DNA of 64,000 bases from Eledone cirrhosa (Eukaryota): the NCBI GenBank assembly GCA_964016885.1, contig OZ024743.1, positions 145,080,001 to 145,144,000 of the forward strand, in the 5' to 3' direction. A program made the translations under genes and the position numbers. The notes under the pieces were generated by a model. It ran no database searches. It was not told where the DNA came from and saw nothing but the letters and a program-made list of their open reading frames with translations. Below are positions 1-12,845 of this stretch, one piece after another. Every line of letters begins with the position of its first letter. Position 1 is the stretch's first letter.

Positions 1-267
1 TTAGGCTGCTCAGCCGTTAATTTTCATAAGGAAAGTATATACTTTCGAACGTTCAACCATCTGGCTGAAGGGTATACGGTGCTGATGATAGCTAAGAAGC
101 TTGAAACTAGTACATCGTTCCTGTGTCAGTGTTGAACAAAAAGGTGACGTGGTTGCCTTAACACCGTACGGCATAAATCAGGCTGTCTGTTTGTTTACAA
201 ACGGACAAAGCGGGCGTTATAATAAACGTCCGCTAAACTTATACGTACATATATATATGTGTACCTG

Positions 268-319
<52 letters not shown>

Positions 320-435
320 TACTACTGTACGTATGTATACATATATGTATGTACGTATACATACATACTTACATTTAAGTAAGTGCCGTACTAAGAGTGA
401 GAATTGAAATTTCGTTTCATTCTATTTCAACTTAT
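1..435 (+). mobile_element. PLE terminal-repeat-like element with hammerhead ribozyme (runs off the window start)
   Basis: Near-identical to 51977-52381; 313-435 also recurs inverted at 51752-51870; ends in (TA)n. Confidence 0.7.
76..118 (+). ncRNA. Minimal type I hammerhead ribozyme
   Basis: acggtg-CTGATGA-tagctaagaagctt-GAAA-ctag-TA-catcgt: stem I 6 bp with one G-U, stem II agct/agct, palindromic stem III, GUA site. Confidence 0.8.
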
Positions 436-494
436 ATATATATATATATATACATATATAAATGTCTATGTATCTATGTATATATATATGTATG

Positions 495-613
<119 letters not shown>

Positions 614-794
614 TATATATATATGAAGTGATTCCGTCGGAAAGGTCCAGGAAAAAAGAGTGCTGTATGTAGGTTACAGAGCTTATTTATGTAATAAACA
701 ACATAAGATGATTATTTCATTTACCAGTGGTTTCTTGAAAGCAAATAAATCTGCTTTCAGTCGCCAGAATGAAAAAATCCTGGTGTTTTTATTG

Positions 795-829
795 AATGTG
801 GATTTGAAAATGTTTTTCAAATCCACATT
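795..829. repeat. Perfect 16-bp-arm hairpin
   Basis: aatgtggatttgaaaa-tgt-ttttcaaatccacatt. Confidence 0.9.
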
Positions 830-876
830 TAAGGATAAATATATATCAGATATATAAGAAGCGTAGAGCAAATATT

Positions 877-1017
877 TATTAAAATAACAGATTAAAGTTT
901 AAGCAAAGAATCGATGCTTTCACCCTTAACGGGATCTTCTAAAACTGAGTTTTAGAAGATCCCGTTAAGGGTGAAAGCAGCGATTCTTTGTTTAAACTTT
1001 AATCTGTTATTTTAATA
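877..1017. repeat. Fold-back palindrome, 70-bp arms, 1-nt loop
   Basis: Centre at 947 (aaaact-g-agtttt), two mismatches; carries a truncated HHR-like GAAGA-tcccgttaagggt-GAAA; abuts (TA)n. Confidence 0.9.
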
Positions 1018-1030
1018 TATATATAAATAA

Positions 1031-1077
<47 letters not shown>

Positions 1078-1118
1078 TTCAAAATATTAACAAAATAGAT
1101 ATTCTTGTGACCAATTAT

Positions 1119-1183
1119 ATTTTATTATACATATTTCAGAGGTACTGAGCTAAGTTCAACTGTACGTCCTCATCAGATAAAAT
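1119..1183 (-). ncRNA. Type I hammerhead ribozyme (left arm)
   Basis: Reverse complement of the 1273-1337 motif with the core intact. Confidence 0.8.
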
Positions 1184-1272
1184 AAAATGATACATGACAT
1201 ACCCTGATATAGTAGATGGTAAAGATTTTATCTTAACCATCTACTATGTCAGGGTATGTCATGTATCATTTT

Positions 1273-1337
1273 ATTTTATCTGATGAGGACGTACTGTTGA
1301 ACTTAACTCAGTACCTCTGAAATATGTATAATAAAAT
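1273..1337 (+). ncRNA. Type I hammerhead ribozyme (right arm)
   Basis: attttat-CTGATGA-ggacgtactg..cagtacctct-GAAA-tatgta-TA-ataaaat. Confidence 0.85.
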
Positions 1338-1479
1338 GTAATTGATCACAAGAATATCTATTTTGTTAATATTTTGAATTAATATTAATAACTCTGGAAA
1401 TTATTTTCTGTTGAGTGCTTCCAATCTATTGTAAAACTCATTCTTTGATGTATTCATTGAACCTTGTTTAACTCTTATT

Positions 1480-1754
1480 CCTTCCTTGCTCACATTTCAA
1501 CCAGGTTTGATGGTCTTTATTCTCTCGTTCACGATGTCACCGAACTTAAATTCATAGAAATCTGGGACTTGTCTCCTTCTTCCTCACTTTCTGTTGCTTC
1601 ACCATTTTGTTTGTTTACCCTCGTGTCCCCTTTATTTACGTGTCCCAACGACTTTTTTTAGCCGTTGCTCGCACCAACCGGAGGTATATGGTCTTTAAAG
1701 CGATGAAATGCCTATGATAGTTGGAAGATCACTGATGAAGGACAAACCTTTTTC

Positions 1755-1757
<3 letters not shown>
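1480..1757 (+). mobile_element. Retroelement 3'-end family (probably PLE), diverged copy
   Basis: Homologous to about 62330-62627 (ctcgcacca..gaggtatatg..ttggaagatcactgatga); ends at (TA)n. Confidence 0.6.
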
Positions 1758-1798
<41 letters not shown>

Positions 1799-1825
1799 TA
1801 TGTATGTATGTAAGTATATATATAT

Positions 1826-2084
1826 AGTGTTACAAAGTAAAGGGACATAAACAAGAGATGGACATTTTCCCTTCATCTGTTGTCTACTACGGTCACAGAT
1901 GTTTCAGCGCATTATAGACAATACAATCCATAGCGCGCCCATAGCTTTTTATCTATCAAAATGCTATGAGAGAAAGAAGCGATAGCAAAGAGAGAGAAAA
2001 AAAAGAAAAAAGAGAGAGAAAATAGAACAACTGGTGAAGAGGAAATGTCCATATTTTGTTTGTGACCCTTTTCTTTCTAACACT
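1826..2084. repeat. Old imperfect inverted repeat with a degenerate minus-strand HHR
   Basis: About 60-bp arms (1826-1885, 2024-2084) between (TA)n tracts; minus strand has the hairpin gcgcgctatgga/tctataatgcgc followed by GAAA-catctg. Confidence 0.55.
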
Positions 2085-2090
2085 CGTTAT

Positions 2091-2149
<59 letters not shown>

Positions 2150-2155
<6 letters not shown>

Positions 2156-2390
2156 ACTTCTGGTATTCGTGGTCTCTGTTATTCGCGTAACTTTCCTTAG
2201 GACCTAACTAGTAATTGTTCGTGGAATCCCCGCATATTCGCGGAATCGTATAAATCTTCCGCGATCTTTTTAATGGATTTTTTTGTGGCAGTTTATATAT
2301 ATTTTTTACGCTAAATTATTAATAATAATATACTCTATTTGCCGGCGTATTGGACGACCCTGCACATAAGATACTCCCTCCTTTTTAATT
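2150..2390. mobile_element. Tc1/pogo-like MITE terminal fragments
   Basis: tactctatttgccggcgtattggacgac and repeated tattcgcg motifs resemble pogo/Tigger-type TIRs; no partner TIR found. Confidence 0.3.
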
Positions 2391-2589
2391 ATATTTTACT
2401 TTATATTTTGACGACAAAAAAAAATTGATAATAATAATTGCAACGCTAAGCTACAGATATTTGGTATGACAAGTACATCTTAAGTGTATAGCTATAAATA
2501 ATTGTTTTTTGAAGACACACTGATTAATTTTCAGTATAGTGTAATATAATATGTCCATAATATATGTGTGTGTGTGTGTGCGTGCGTGC

Positions 2590-2714
<125 letters not shown>

Positions 2715-2860
2715 CGTGCGTCTATATATATATATATATATATGAATAAGAGATATTTAATTTGTTGGAAATCCAACAAATATAGATGTTTACAACTGAT
2801 TCAAAGCACTCGACAGATATTATATTAAATAAATGGAAACTATATTTATAAAACCATAGT

Positions 2861-2922
2861 TATTCTATTATATATATTTCAAGGGTACCAAACATTTTGG
2901 TACGCTATCATCAGATAAAATA
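2861..2922 (-). ncRNA. Type I hammerhead ribozyme
   Basis: Minus strand: tattttat-CTGATGA-tagcgtaccaaaatgtttggtaccctt-GAAA-tatata-TA-atagaata. A truncated relative of the flank lies at about 46530-46590. Confidence 0.8.
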
Positions 2923-2923
2923 C

Positions 2924-3059
<136 letters not shown>

Positions 3060-3288
3060 TTCATATATATGTAATTTCACGTAAGTTCAACTTCATTTTT
3101 ATCTTGTAAAAAAACTCTTGAACGATGTTTAACTATCTTGAATGTGCCACCAACACTGCTGGTAGATGTCACAACTGTTGACGTCCGGTTCCTGTCAGTG
3201 ACCACAGAGTTCTTGTATCTGTTGCCATTTTTGCCTTATATATATGTAAGTATGTATGTATGTATATATATAAGTAAATATGTATGGA

Positions 3289-3320
<32 letters not shown>

Positions 3321-3339
3321 ATATATCTAATGATATCCG

Positions 3340-3765
3340 GTATGTTTAGCTATGCACTCTGGAAGTAGATGGCGCTAGCCATCAACTTCCGGCAGAAAGC
3401 AGGGTAGCTGTAGCACTGTCGTGATAACGGCTACCTGCCAGAAACGATCGTCGAGAGTTACCCCTCCTGCTTCTGCTGGAATTCGCTAGATGGTGCCAAC
3501 CATCAGCTTCCAAAATTCATAGGTAAAAGGCTTTCAAATGTTTATTCGTAAACATACTGTATATAGTTAGATATACAAAATACACGCAATTATATGTATA
3601 CAGCTATGTCGGAGTGAAAACTGTAATTATATTATGTATACAGCTATGTCGAAGTGAAATTTTAATTATATTTTCCGGCCGAGCCGGCCGACAGCTCCAT
3701 ATGCATATAAGGCTAATCAGCCCATGTACATAGGCGTAAAAACTATATATTTTCGCCTATATTGA
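3340..3765 (+). repeat. Unclassified dispersed repeat
   Basis: Shares cttctgctggaat..gctaga, aatgtttatt..aaacata and ggYtaatcagccc..aggcg..tcgcct with 32493-32886; internal tandem duplication of about 40 bp at 3590-3670. Confidence 0.6.
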
Positions 3766-4461
3766 ATCCCTGCAGATAACAAATTTCTCTAGGATAAGTG
3801 TCACCTAGTGAGTTACATAGCAGTATAATTCGGCAGTAGCTCTAACTTTACAGATGCCATATTGGTGATCACGGTAGATATAGGGACAGTTAGTGTCTGG
3901 GAGAGAGTTGGTTTTGAGGCGAGAAAGAGATCGAGGGTGCTTAGTATCTGTCTCTCGGGTTGAGGAGAGACAGATAACTGCGTTAATGCTGTTGTTACGC
4001 ATTTTGTTCTTATTTCTAACGGGTTTTTCAATATACGAAGTTTCCAGTAGGAATTTTAGCGTTGCAGAATCGCCAAATTCTCTCTTTCTACAGAGCCATG
4101 AAAAAGAGTCTTATAAAGTCCAGCATGAAACATGATTCCTATCAATGCTACCTTAAGCTTATTCACGAGTGGCTGTGTTGCCCACTGATATTATTGTGGC
4201 TACTATCAATTATTTATGATACGTAATTTTGTTTTTAATCAACATACAAAATACACCCAAACTAGACACACACATACACACACATGCACGCACACGCACG
4301 CACACGCACATTTATTTAAGGACGCAACAGTTATGAATAAATGTAATCTCTTTTTAAACTATTCATTTCTATCATCTATCAAGTTATTTCTTTCAAATCT
4401 AGCCAACAGTACACTTAAAATAATCAACAGACCGAAGTAGAAAATAATATTATATTATTTA

Positions 4462-5840
4462 TCTATTAATATTATTATATTATTCCGTGTTATGATGTCA
4501 TAATGTTAGTTATGCATTAAATATATTTTTATAGATCATTTTCACTGATAAGAATAAAAGTTGATTTGCATTGTTGTTTCAAATTCATCCATCATGTTGA
4601 CTCCTCTTGAAGGGAAAAGAATATTAGCGGGGGAATGTAAAAAAAGGCATCGCTAAAGAAACAACTAGAAACAAGAGGAGAAATATATAGATAACAATAT
4701 AGCAGTATGTTTATGAAAAGACGGATTAAAAAAGAGCGCAACGAAAACTCAGAGAAGCTCAGAGATGCTGCTAAATGGAGACTGAAGACGAAACAAATTT
4801 AAGGAGGATAGGCGTGAGAGGAAATAACATCATGAAACATTCAAAAATAAACAGGAAGAGCTGTAATAGAAAATGTCTTAATGCACAAGCTATAAGAAAT
4901 ACAAGAAGCAGATAAATTTGAATGATCTATTCAGTGAAGGAGATATTGAACAACATTGCTTGCCGTGAACAAACAAATAAACACACTATGTCACTTTTGG
5001 AACGTAAAACTACTTTATAATTATATATCTGCCATATTCTATCAAGTATGTATTTAAATGGATTTATTTAATATTCATCTTATTATTGGATAAATTGAAG
5101 CAAATGTTGAAATCATGTTGATACTCGATATATTAGTGCCTCCAAAGACATGTGATGCCTGCTGGTGTATAACGTTTATGATACATCACACACAGTAATT
5201 AGCTTACCTTTGCACTTACATGAACAACAATTAGTGTATATTCTAGAAGAGATCATTGCATAGATCGCCATCAACCAGCTTGATAGAGAGCTACATCATT
5301 CCAATATTCCTTATCATTACCTATAAAGAACATTATGTAGGCCACGTCAGAGTATAGCCAAGATTATATCCAGTGTTCCCTAAAGATAGCAAAAAATTTC
5401 ATATCAAGAGATTTGAGGACTTATGAATTGTTGATGGGGTACGATAAGATACTTCTAAAGAAATTGTAGAACAAAGAAACCTTCTTAGAAATGGTAAACG
5501 GCTAGTGTATATGACAGAAGCATCATTAGCGCAGGTACCTTCAAGCCTTGAAAGCGCCTAACAATTCTACAGATCTCTATCGTATGTTTGAGTAACAAGA
5601 CTACCACAGTGACAATTACAGTGATGTAGCTACTAAAGAATATTGGATAAATATAGAAGTCTTTTGTCGGCACATGGTTGTGATACTGGTCTTCCTTCTC
5701 CAAATATTTCACTTTATAATGAAATGAATGAAATTGATAAGCTTAACATTCATCAAAATATTCACAGGTGCTTAACAAATTTAATTGAAATGATGCTCCA
5801 ACAAGTATTTCACTAAGTACTTCTCTCAGTTGGAGACACA
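4462..5840 (+). mobile_element. Degraded Helitron Rep/helicase remnant
   Basis: Translated fragments SIKYVFKWIY, DTRYISAS, HTVISLPLHLHEQQLVY, RLYPVFPKD, FEDL*IVDGV in RepHel order; A|TCTATTAATATT possible 5' end. Confidence 0.7.
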
Positions 5841-5981
5841 GCAGCGCAACAGTTTTTTTTCTCTTTATTTGTTTGTTTATTTATTTATTTATTGACTTAT
5901 TTATTTTGGTTTATGAGAGGTGGAATGGCAACACAATGACCTATTTGAATGGAACTTCAAGCTTTGTAGAAGCACGTACAT

Positions 5982-8343
5982 TAGGCATATTCCTAAAGTA
6001 CACTTTTGTTAAAAAAATAAATGAGCATGCCATTTTCAGATGAACTTTTACTAGAAAATACTTGTGAGCATGTTAAAAAATATTAGAATTTTAAAAAACT
6101 CTTGCACAAGGTAGATTCTTTAACATTGATTAACTAATATAGAATTGCATATACAATATACGTGTGTATGTAATAAAAATATAGTGTGCAATTTAACAGT
6201 TTATAAAATATAGTATTCTTCTTCAAATTGTTTAATGGATCAACTTTATTGCTTGTCCATCACTTATTTGTCAGTTTAATCTGTTCATAAAATTCATAAA
6301 ATACATAAATAGAATAAATTAAAATTTGCGAGGTATATTTATTAATATATTTTAATATTTATAATTATATTATATTAATATTATAAATTTCAGATGTATA
6401 AAAATCCAGTTGCTAAAGAGGAAAGTAAAAAGATTTGGGCACAAAATATTTGTCACTTTGAGAAGAGAAAGAAATCTAGGAAAACGAAAATTAAAAGTTC
6501 ATTAATCGAATTATGCAAGCTACCTACTGAGCAACAGATCGTTGATAGATATATCACTCTTGCTGCTGAAGAGAAAAATACCAAAAAAAGAATTAAGATA
6601 ATTACTGGAGAATGTGAAAGTTTATGGAAAAAGTTCAGCTTTCCAACTATCAACAAGCTTTCAATACCTCGAAAAATTGAAAAGATAATTTTAAAAAAAA
6701 GGTAAAAGAAGTGAAAAAACCTGGCTCTACGAATTTCAATAATCTGTTTGACATTACAAAAATATATGGGATATGGTTAGCAGCCGAAGATTTGTCATTT
6801 TATGAAAAGTAAGTTGAGAGTTGTGGAAAGGTTGGGTATACTACAATGAAAATAGACAGTAAAAAGAAAATCCATCCTTCTAAGAGAATTAAAAACAAAA
6901 ATCAAGAACTAGATCATGATAAGCCATCCTGGTCATACATTCATCTGAACTCAAATGAAAGTTACAGTGACACCGACACAAATATCAGCGATTACAAACC
7001 TTCACCAGAAAAAAAACGAAAAAGGGAAAACACAGCTCATGCTGTTAACCTAGTAAGAAATACTAAATTACCTATTAGAAAAGCAGCAGCAGTTTGCAAC
7101 GAATTTAAAAGTGATGGTATTAAGGTGAGCACCCCGAGTCAGTAGCAGTGCACAAAGCAGTTATCAGAGAAGGTGAGAAACTCATGGAAAAGTGGAAAAA
7201 TGAACTCAAAAGGGAAAAATGGAGCCTTCATTTTGATGGAAAACGAATGAGAGACATAGAATATCAGTTTGTAGTGATAAAAAATGATGAGAAAAAATAC
7301 GCCTGAGGCCGATGGCATTAACCGATGGAAAGGGTCTTACTATATTTAATGGATTGAAAGAAGTTATTTACAAATATGAACTGTGATGATAGTCTTCGAC
7401 ACAACTAGTGTCAATACCGGCAAAAAGGCAGTTGTTGCCATTCTCAACAGTGAGTTCGCGCGTCGCGGTTACAGCAAGCCATTATATGTTGGATGCCAGC
7501 ACCACATTTTAGACCGTGCATTGAAAGTTTATTTTGATCAACTATATAGTAGTAAAACAACTTCGCCATATATCAATTATTACTTTGTTGAAGCCATTTT
7601 AAAGAACTATGACGAACTGAAGCAGAACTTTTCAAATGGAACGACGGAAATTAATGAAACCCCGACGCGCTGGAGAAGTGACATGGATTTCCTTCAGCAT
7701 CTCATGATAACCGTGCAACATTTCTTTGAAAACGGTGCGTTTCCTAAAATAAATTTTAAGAAATTACCTAATTTGCACAATGTTCGTTGGAATAGCCGAG
7801 CAATTTATTTGTTGTTTGGGTTTATTTTGATGTCTGATGAACGAGCGAGCTGCGCGCTGGTGCCGAATACATCTGCGGAATGTGGGGAAAAATGTGGTTC
7901 TCAAGTCAACTGTATAGAGCTGACAGCAAGCAGAAACTCATTGACCAACTAATTAAGGCCAAGTGTGAAAAGGCTGCAAACACCGTCAGAAAATTTTGGT
8001 CTAATGAAGAATCTCCAATTGTGACGCAACGCTCGAACATTTGCGCTGAGCGAGCTGTAAAAGTTGTGCAAGACCTTTTGCCATTTTGTAAAAGTAGTAG
8101 AACCTTAGTGATTACATTTTGTTTAACTAATAATTAAAATAAATTTGTTATTGTCATAATTTATTGTTTTAGGTATTTATTTTATGGGACTGGCTAATTA
8201 CCAAAAAAATAAAAATATAATTTAGTATGTGCAAGAATTTTTTTTTACATTTACAAAAAAACTACTGTAATTCTTTCTTTATGACAAAAACCTCATTAGA
8301 AAATAGCATGCTCATATGGGGTTGTAAAAGTGTCATATGCCTA
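5982..8343 (+). mobile_element. Full-length hAT-superfamily (hATm-like) DNA transposon
   Basis: Termini TAGGCATAT...ATATGCCTA, exact 8-bp TSD acgtacat (5974-5981, 8344-8351), subterminal inverted atgagcatgc motifs. Confidence 0.9.
6394..8137 (+). pseudogene. Disrupted hAT transposase
   Basis: WSLHFDGKR, FDTTSVNTG, CQHHILD, RWNSRA, SNICAERAVK across frameshifts and stops; possible 61-nt GT-AG intron at 6333-6393 just before the ATG. Confidence 0.85.
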
Positions 8344-8359
8344 ACGTACATGTTCTCAT

Positions 8360-8544
8360 AATTGTTTCTTCTTTTGGCACAAGGCCAGTAATTATCCCAG
8401 TACATTACTGGTACTTTATTTTATCGATCACGTAAGGATGAAAGGCAAAGTTAACCTCGGCGGGATTTGAACTCAGACCATAAAGGAACATAACTCTATG
8501 CTGGAAGTATGGTGTCTGGCCTCTACCGATACTGCCAATTTACG
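8360..8544 (-). mobile_element. tRNA-derived SINE, family A (Meta-domain-like core)
   Basis: B box gttcaaatccc plus core actttgcctttcatccttac..gataaaataaagtaccag; seven copies in the window. Confidence 0.85.
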
Positions 8545-8664
8545 TGCTTTTAGAAACGATGTCTATCAAACTGGCAGATTGCATACTGTATTATTAAAAT
8601 ATATAAATTACCTCTATGTTTACATAACATGAGCTCATTCTTTCGTAATACTAAATCACACAAG

Positions 8665-8767
<103 letters not shown>

Positions 8768-8772
8768 GTATG

Positions 8773-8807
<35 letters not shown>

Positions 8808-8821
8808 ATGTGTGTGTGTGT

Positions 8822-8935
8822 GTTCAGGGCTGTTAAAATCCCGAGATCCATGGACTAGTTCTCTTCAGCGGTCTCTGTCCTTCATTATCGCTGCCATGTC
8901 CTGCGTCTCCAAGAGACCAGTGTCTGTGCTTAGGG
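8822..8935 (-). mobile_element. RTE-like LINE 3' fragment
   Basis: [20 protein letters not shown] resembles an RTE C-terminus; embedded in microsatellites. Confidence 0.5.
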
Positions 8936-8971
8936 ATATATATGTGTATGTATGTATATATATATGTGTAC

Positions 8972-9010
<39 letters not shown>

Positions 9011-9820
9011 TATATATGCATATATATATATACATACATATATGTGTGTGTGTGTGTATATATCTGTATATATATAAAGACGAAGTTTTCTGTATGTGTG
9101 TGTAAGTGTGTGTGGACAATTTTTAATGAGGGCTCATATATTCTAAACCATTCATGCGATTTCTTTGAAATTTTTTACAGAGCTTCTCTTTGCACAAAAC
9201 CTGTACATGATCTACAAAGGTTTTCAAAAATCGATATTGGGGCCTCTGGAGACATTTAAAAAGTTTCGGTTATTTGTGTCAATTTTCGTGAGACAAGAGT
9301 TATCTTTAAGTAAGACAAGAGTTATCTTTCGTAATTCGGCTCATTCGGATTTTAAATTACTCTTTGTACTTGAAACAAAAGGTACGCTTCCTTGAGACTA
9401 ACAATATCATTTTGTATATTTCACAACCAGCAATTTCTAACAGATTACTAAGTTAAGTTATAGATTTGACATTGTATAATTGATCGTTTCAAGCTTGATG
9501 TTCATACATTAAGTGATGTCATAACTTTTACAATATTATGCTTTGTACATAATAGTGTCTATTATTCACTTCACTTCTCTATTTCATGATGCGCTTTTAT
9601 GGTTGTCAAAAGAATTTGTACCTAGACTGGATTTCTGTTGTTACATGGTATAACGGATGACACCGAGCTCACATATTAATTATTTCACTGGAATAGTGCC
9701 TAAGGTTTTAATGTTTACATAAAGTACGTTTTTCTTCTATGTATTCAAATTTACTTTGTTTTGTTTAATGAGCTACATCGAAAGCTACTTGAACCGTCCA
9801 AAGGACGGGTAGTTTAGCTA

Positions 9821-9981
<161 letters not shown>

Positions 9982-11099
9982 CGCGTGTGTGCGTGTGACA
10001 ATTCTCTGACTTACGATACAATAGGTTTTCAACACCGACATGTTAATAACTTCCATGAAAAGAGGGTAACTGTCAGTCTGGTTTCGAAAAATTGCAAACA
10101 GTACAGATTAGATACAATATAATATAACAGAATTCTTATATGCGTCTCAGAACCAGGATAGATGTTTATTCAAGTTCAATCTGCTGTGGTATGATAATAT
10201 GTAATTTTCTTTTTATACAGAAATAATAGTGAAATTTAATTTCGAAATTTTAAAATGAGAAAAATATGGAAGTATGATTCTTCTGGGTTGGCATTATCTT
10301 TTAAATATACTACCAGGGGTATCACTTATCTGAAAAATTAACTTCTCATGTGAGCTCTTTTGTGCTATCTCTTGTCACGATAATAAAGTATGATACTTGC
10401 TGTTGAAACAAAGGAAAACGGGTGAAAATATGCATGACTTTGCGTATGTATCTGCAAATTTGTAAGCGTATGTAACTAAATGTGTGAATCTATGGGTACG
10501 TATATAAAAATTACGGAAATATATTGTCATTACTTTAACAATGAAAGAGTAAAATAAATGTTAATGCACGATAAAGACAGTAGAATGAAAAAGCTTTTGC
10601 TTATTCACTGATCTTCCCTAAAGACTTCTCAAATAACAAACAAATTGATATATTTGGAAGTAATACTAGTGTATTTATACGATAGATATTTTAATCAATA
10701 CCGTCAGTAGTAATTTGAATACCAGTCCCTTTTCTATATATTCCTATCACTTCTCCAGAAATATATTTTATTAACATTTTGCTGATCTGTTGAAGTCATA
10801 GATATTTTAAGGGCAATTTAGTGTTTGACAGGTTTATACACCTGGAGTGGAAGGTAGATTGAAGGAAACAAAATAATATGTACAGATAGTCGTAACATTT
10901 CAGATATTTAAACTATAAACTTGCGATTCGTGTATTTATTAATCATCTTCGACTACCATATTCGGACATAAATAAGCACTAAATCCAATTATAGAGCTTA
11001 TATTATTTCTAACGAAAGCCGATAATGCTCTTCAGCCGTTTTAAAGGCATTGTCACTTTGCTTTTGAAAGTAAGGATGAGTTAATGAACCAGAGAGTAA

Positions 11100-12128
11100 C
11101 TCTTGCTAAGTTATTTAATATAGTGAATTCTTGTAAACATTCTTGATATTCATCAATTCTTTTAGCTGAGTTTTCCTGACATTTCTCAATGATTTATTTT
11201 AATGTTGCACCGGAATAGAAAAAGTGCTTTGTATAGACGGCTGGTATCAGAGGTTGGATGAGAAATTGGGATTGGCCTTCCTAACAAGAATTTTGTTCGT
11301 TTCGTTTTATTGTTGCTTTTGCTGTCACAACCCTTCTTTTCTGCGTTGGATTTGTCTACTGAATGTTTGGTTAATGACAGCACAACAACGAAATACTCGA
11401 AATATCTTGAAGTTATTAAATTCTGTGTAGAAATATATATTGGTGAGTAATAGTCCTCCTGCCAGCAACAATAAAATTGAAATAAAGGGTGGGTTTCAAT
11501 AAACTTCTACATAAAACACCGCATGATAGATTTTTAGTTCGGAGGGACACACAATTATAGAGCATTAACAACACAACTCCTCACTTGAAATCCCAACAAA
11601 AGCACTTTTCATCCAAAGAGAAGACCGGTTAATCCGGTCTTCTCGAAGACTAAAGTGAGGTTGGATAAGAAATTGTGATTGGCCTTAACAAGAATTTTGT
11701 TCGTTTCATTTTTATGTTTTAAGGACAAGTTAGTGTTTGATAGGTTTGGAATAGATTAAAGAATTAAAAAATTGAAATAAGAATATAAAAATGCTGGACG
11801 ACGAAACCATCTGCATATTCTCATTCAACATTCTGGATTTGCTGACTAGTGGAGTTATGCTGAACTGCGGCTGTGACACGTAAGAGGATATGGCTATGAA
11901 CCGACATCATCGTGGGGATGGTTTCGCCACACTAATTTTTGATAGCTATTTCTTAGCGATCCTTGATAAGAGTAAGTTTCCATAACTGTGATACTGTCTC
12001 CCGCCATTGCCGTAAATTTATATTCATTCTTATTCAATATGATTTATAACAACAGCTGTTAACTAGCAAATCTGTTTGGCTTACTAACTAGAGTCTCGTA
12101 AATACAGTTGGAAGCTTCTGTGCTCTGT
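11100..12128 (-). pseudogene. Decayed protein kinase domain (alphaC to subdomain XI) of a putative LRR receptor kinase
   Basis: After acceptor ccttttag: QSTEASNCIYETLV..ITVMETYSYQGSLRN (hinge), VTAAVQ-LH-SQQI, later IIEKCQENSAKRI; many stops and frameshifts; HRD/DFG/APE not recognisable. Confidence 0.5.
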
Positions 12129-12439
12129 CTAAAAGGCAACATAACCTTAATAACGGCATACTTCATTGATCTACATATCTACCACATGATTTATCATTGC
12201 ATTCTTGTGTGTGCATGTGCAGTATGGATCTCAGCTAGACATGGAGCAAGGTATAACTGTAAAAACAGATAAATGGATCAGACCTAGTTACCCAGACGAG
12301 TACCAGTGTGTCATGTGACTATTCAATCTGTGTTAACTACACAGCAACAACTATCCACTTTCTATTTATTAATTAAATAAACATATTATGCTGTATCAAA
12401 ATATTAGAATATATTTTAGTGTGACAACTTTCTGTTATG

Positions 12440-12615
12440 GCAGTTTAGCTCCAGATCAGCCCTGGTTGAGCAAGCCTTTAATCGTGTCGTTTGTTGTCAG
12501 TTATGCTGTATAAGAAGCTATTTCTCAATGTTTCGTTTCTATTTTTTAAGATGATATGCGGAATTTGATGAAAATTTGGCTGCTATTTCTAGCAGGTCAG
12601 TCACTCAGGTGAACG
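12440..12615 (+). repeat. Abundant dispersed SINE-like family C
   Basis: atttggctgctatttctagcagg and cagccctgRttga motifs; relatives near 27470-27640(-), 34325-34520, 34620-34690(-), 40815-40995, 41330-41450(-), 42150-42240, 51190-51240. Confidence 0.6.
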
Positions 12616-12627
12616 CCCATAGCTTAC

Positions 12628-12845
12628 CTTTGTATCTGCAATATTTTACCCTGTATTGTTATAAGGCAAGTTCGCATGCGATTATTTTCGTGTTCGATTC
12701 CCTAAGTAATCTCGTTGTGTTACTGTTTGATATATCGAAGGATGTTTACATTGTCGAATTTAATGATGTCACGCTTCATTGAATCCATATCAATTCTTCA
12801 ATCTTCACCAGTAATTTAATGAACTTTACAACGATAAATCCAGAC
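12628..12845 (-). pseudogene. Decayed juxtamembrane / kinase N-lobe exon
   Basis: MDSMKRDIIKFDNVNILRYIKQ*HNEIT*G..RTCLITIQGKILQIQ; AG|GTAAG donor at 12627 joins in frame to the 12128 exon. Confidence 0.45.

Larger units (their letters stand above)
1071..1385. mobile_element. 315-bp fold-back element with two outward-facing hammerhead ribozymes
   Basis: Arms 1071-1226 and 1230-1385 with few mismatches, ttt loop; starts at a (TA)n tract. Confidence 0.85.

Noticed and set aside
3805-4135. Overlapping short ORFs, faintly gag-like
   Set aside because: No recognisable motif or LTR.
11799-11928. Short inverted repeat cgaaaccatc/gatggtttcg
   Set aside because: Single short match inside the putative kinase remnant; probably chance.
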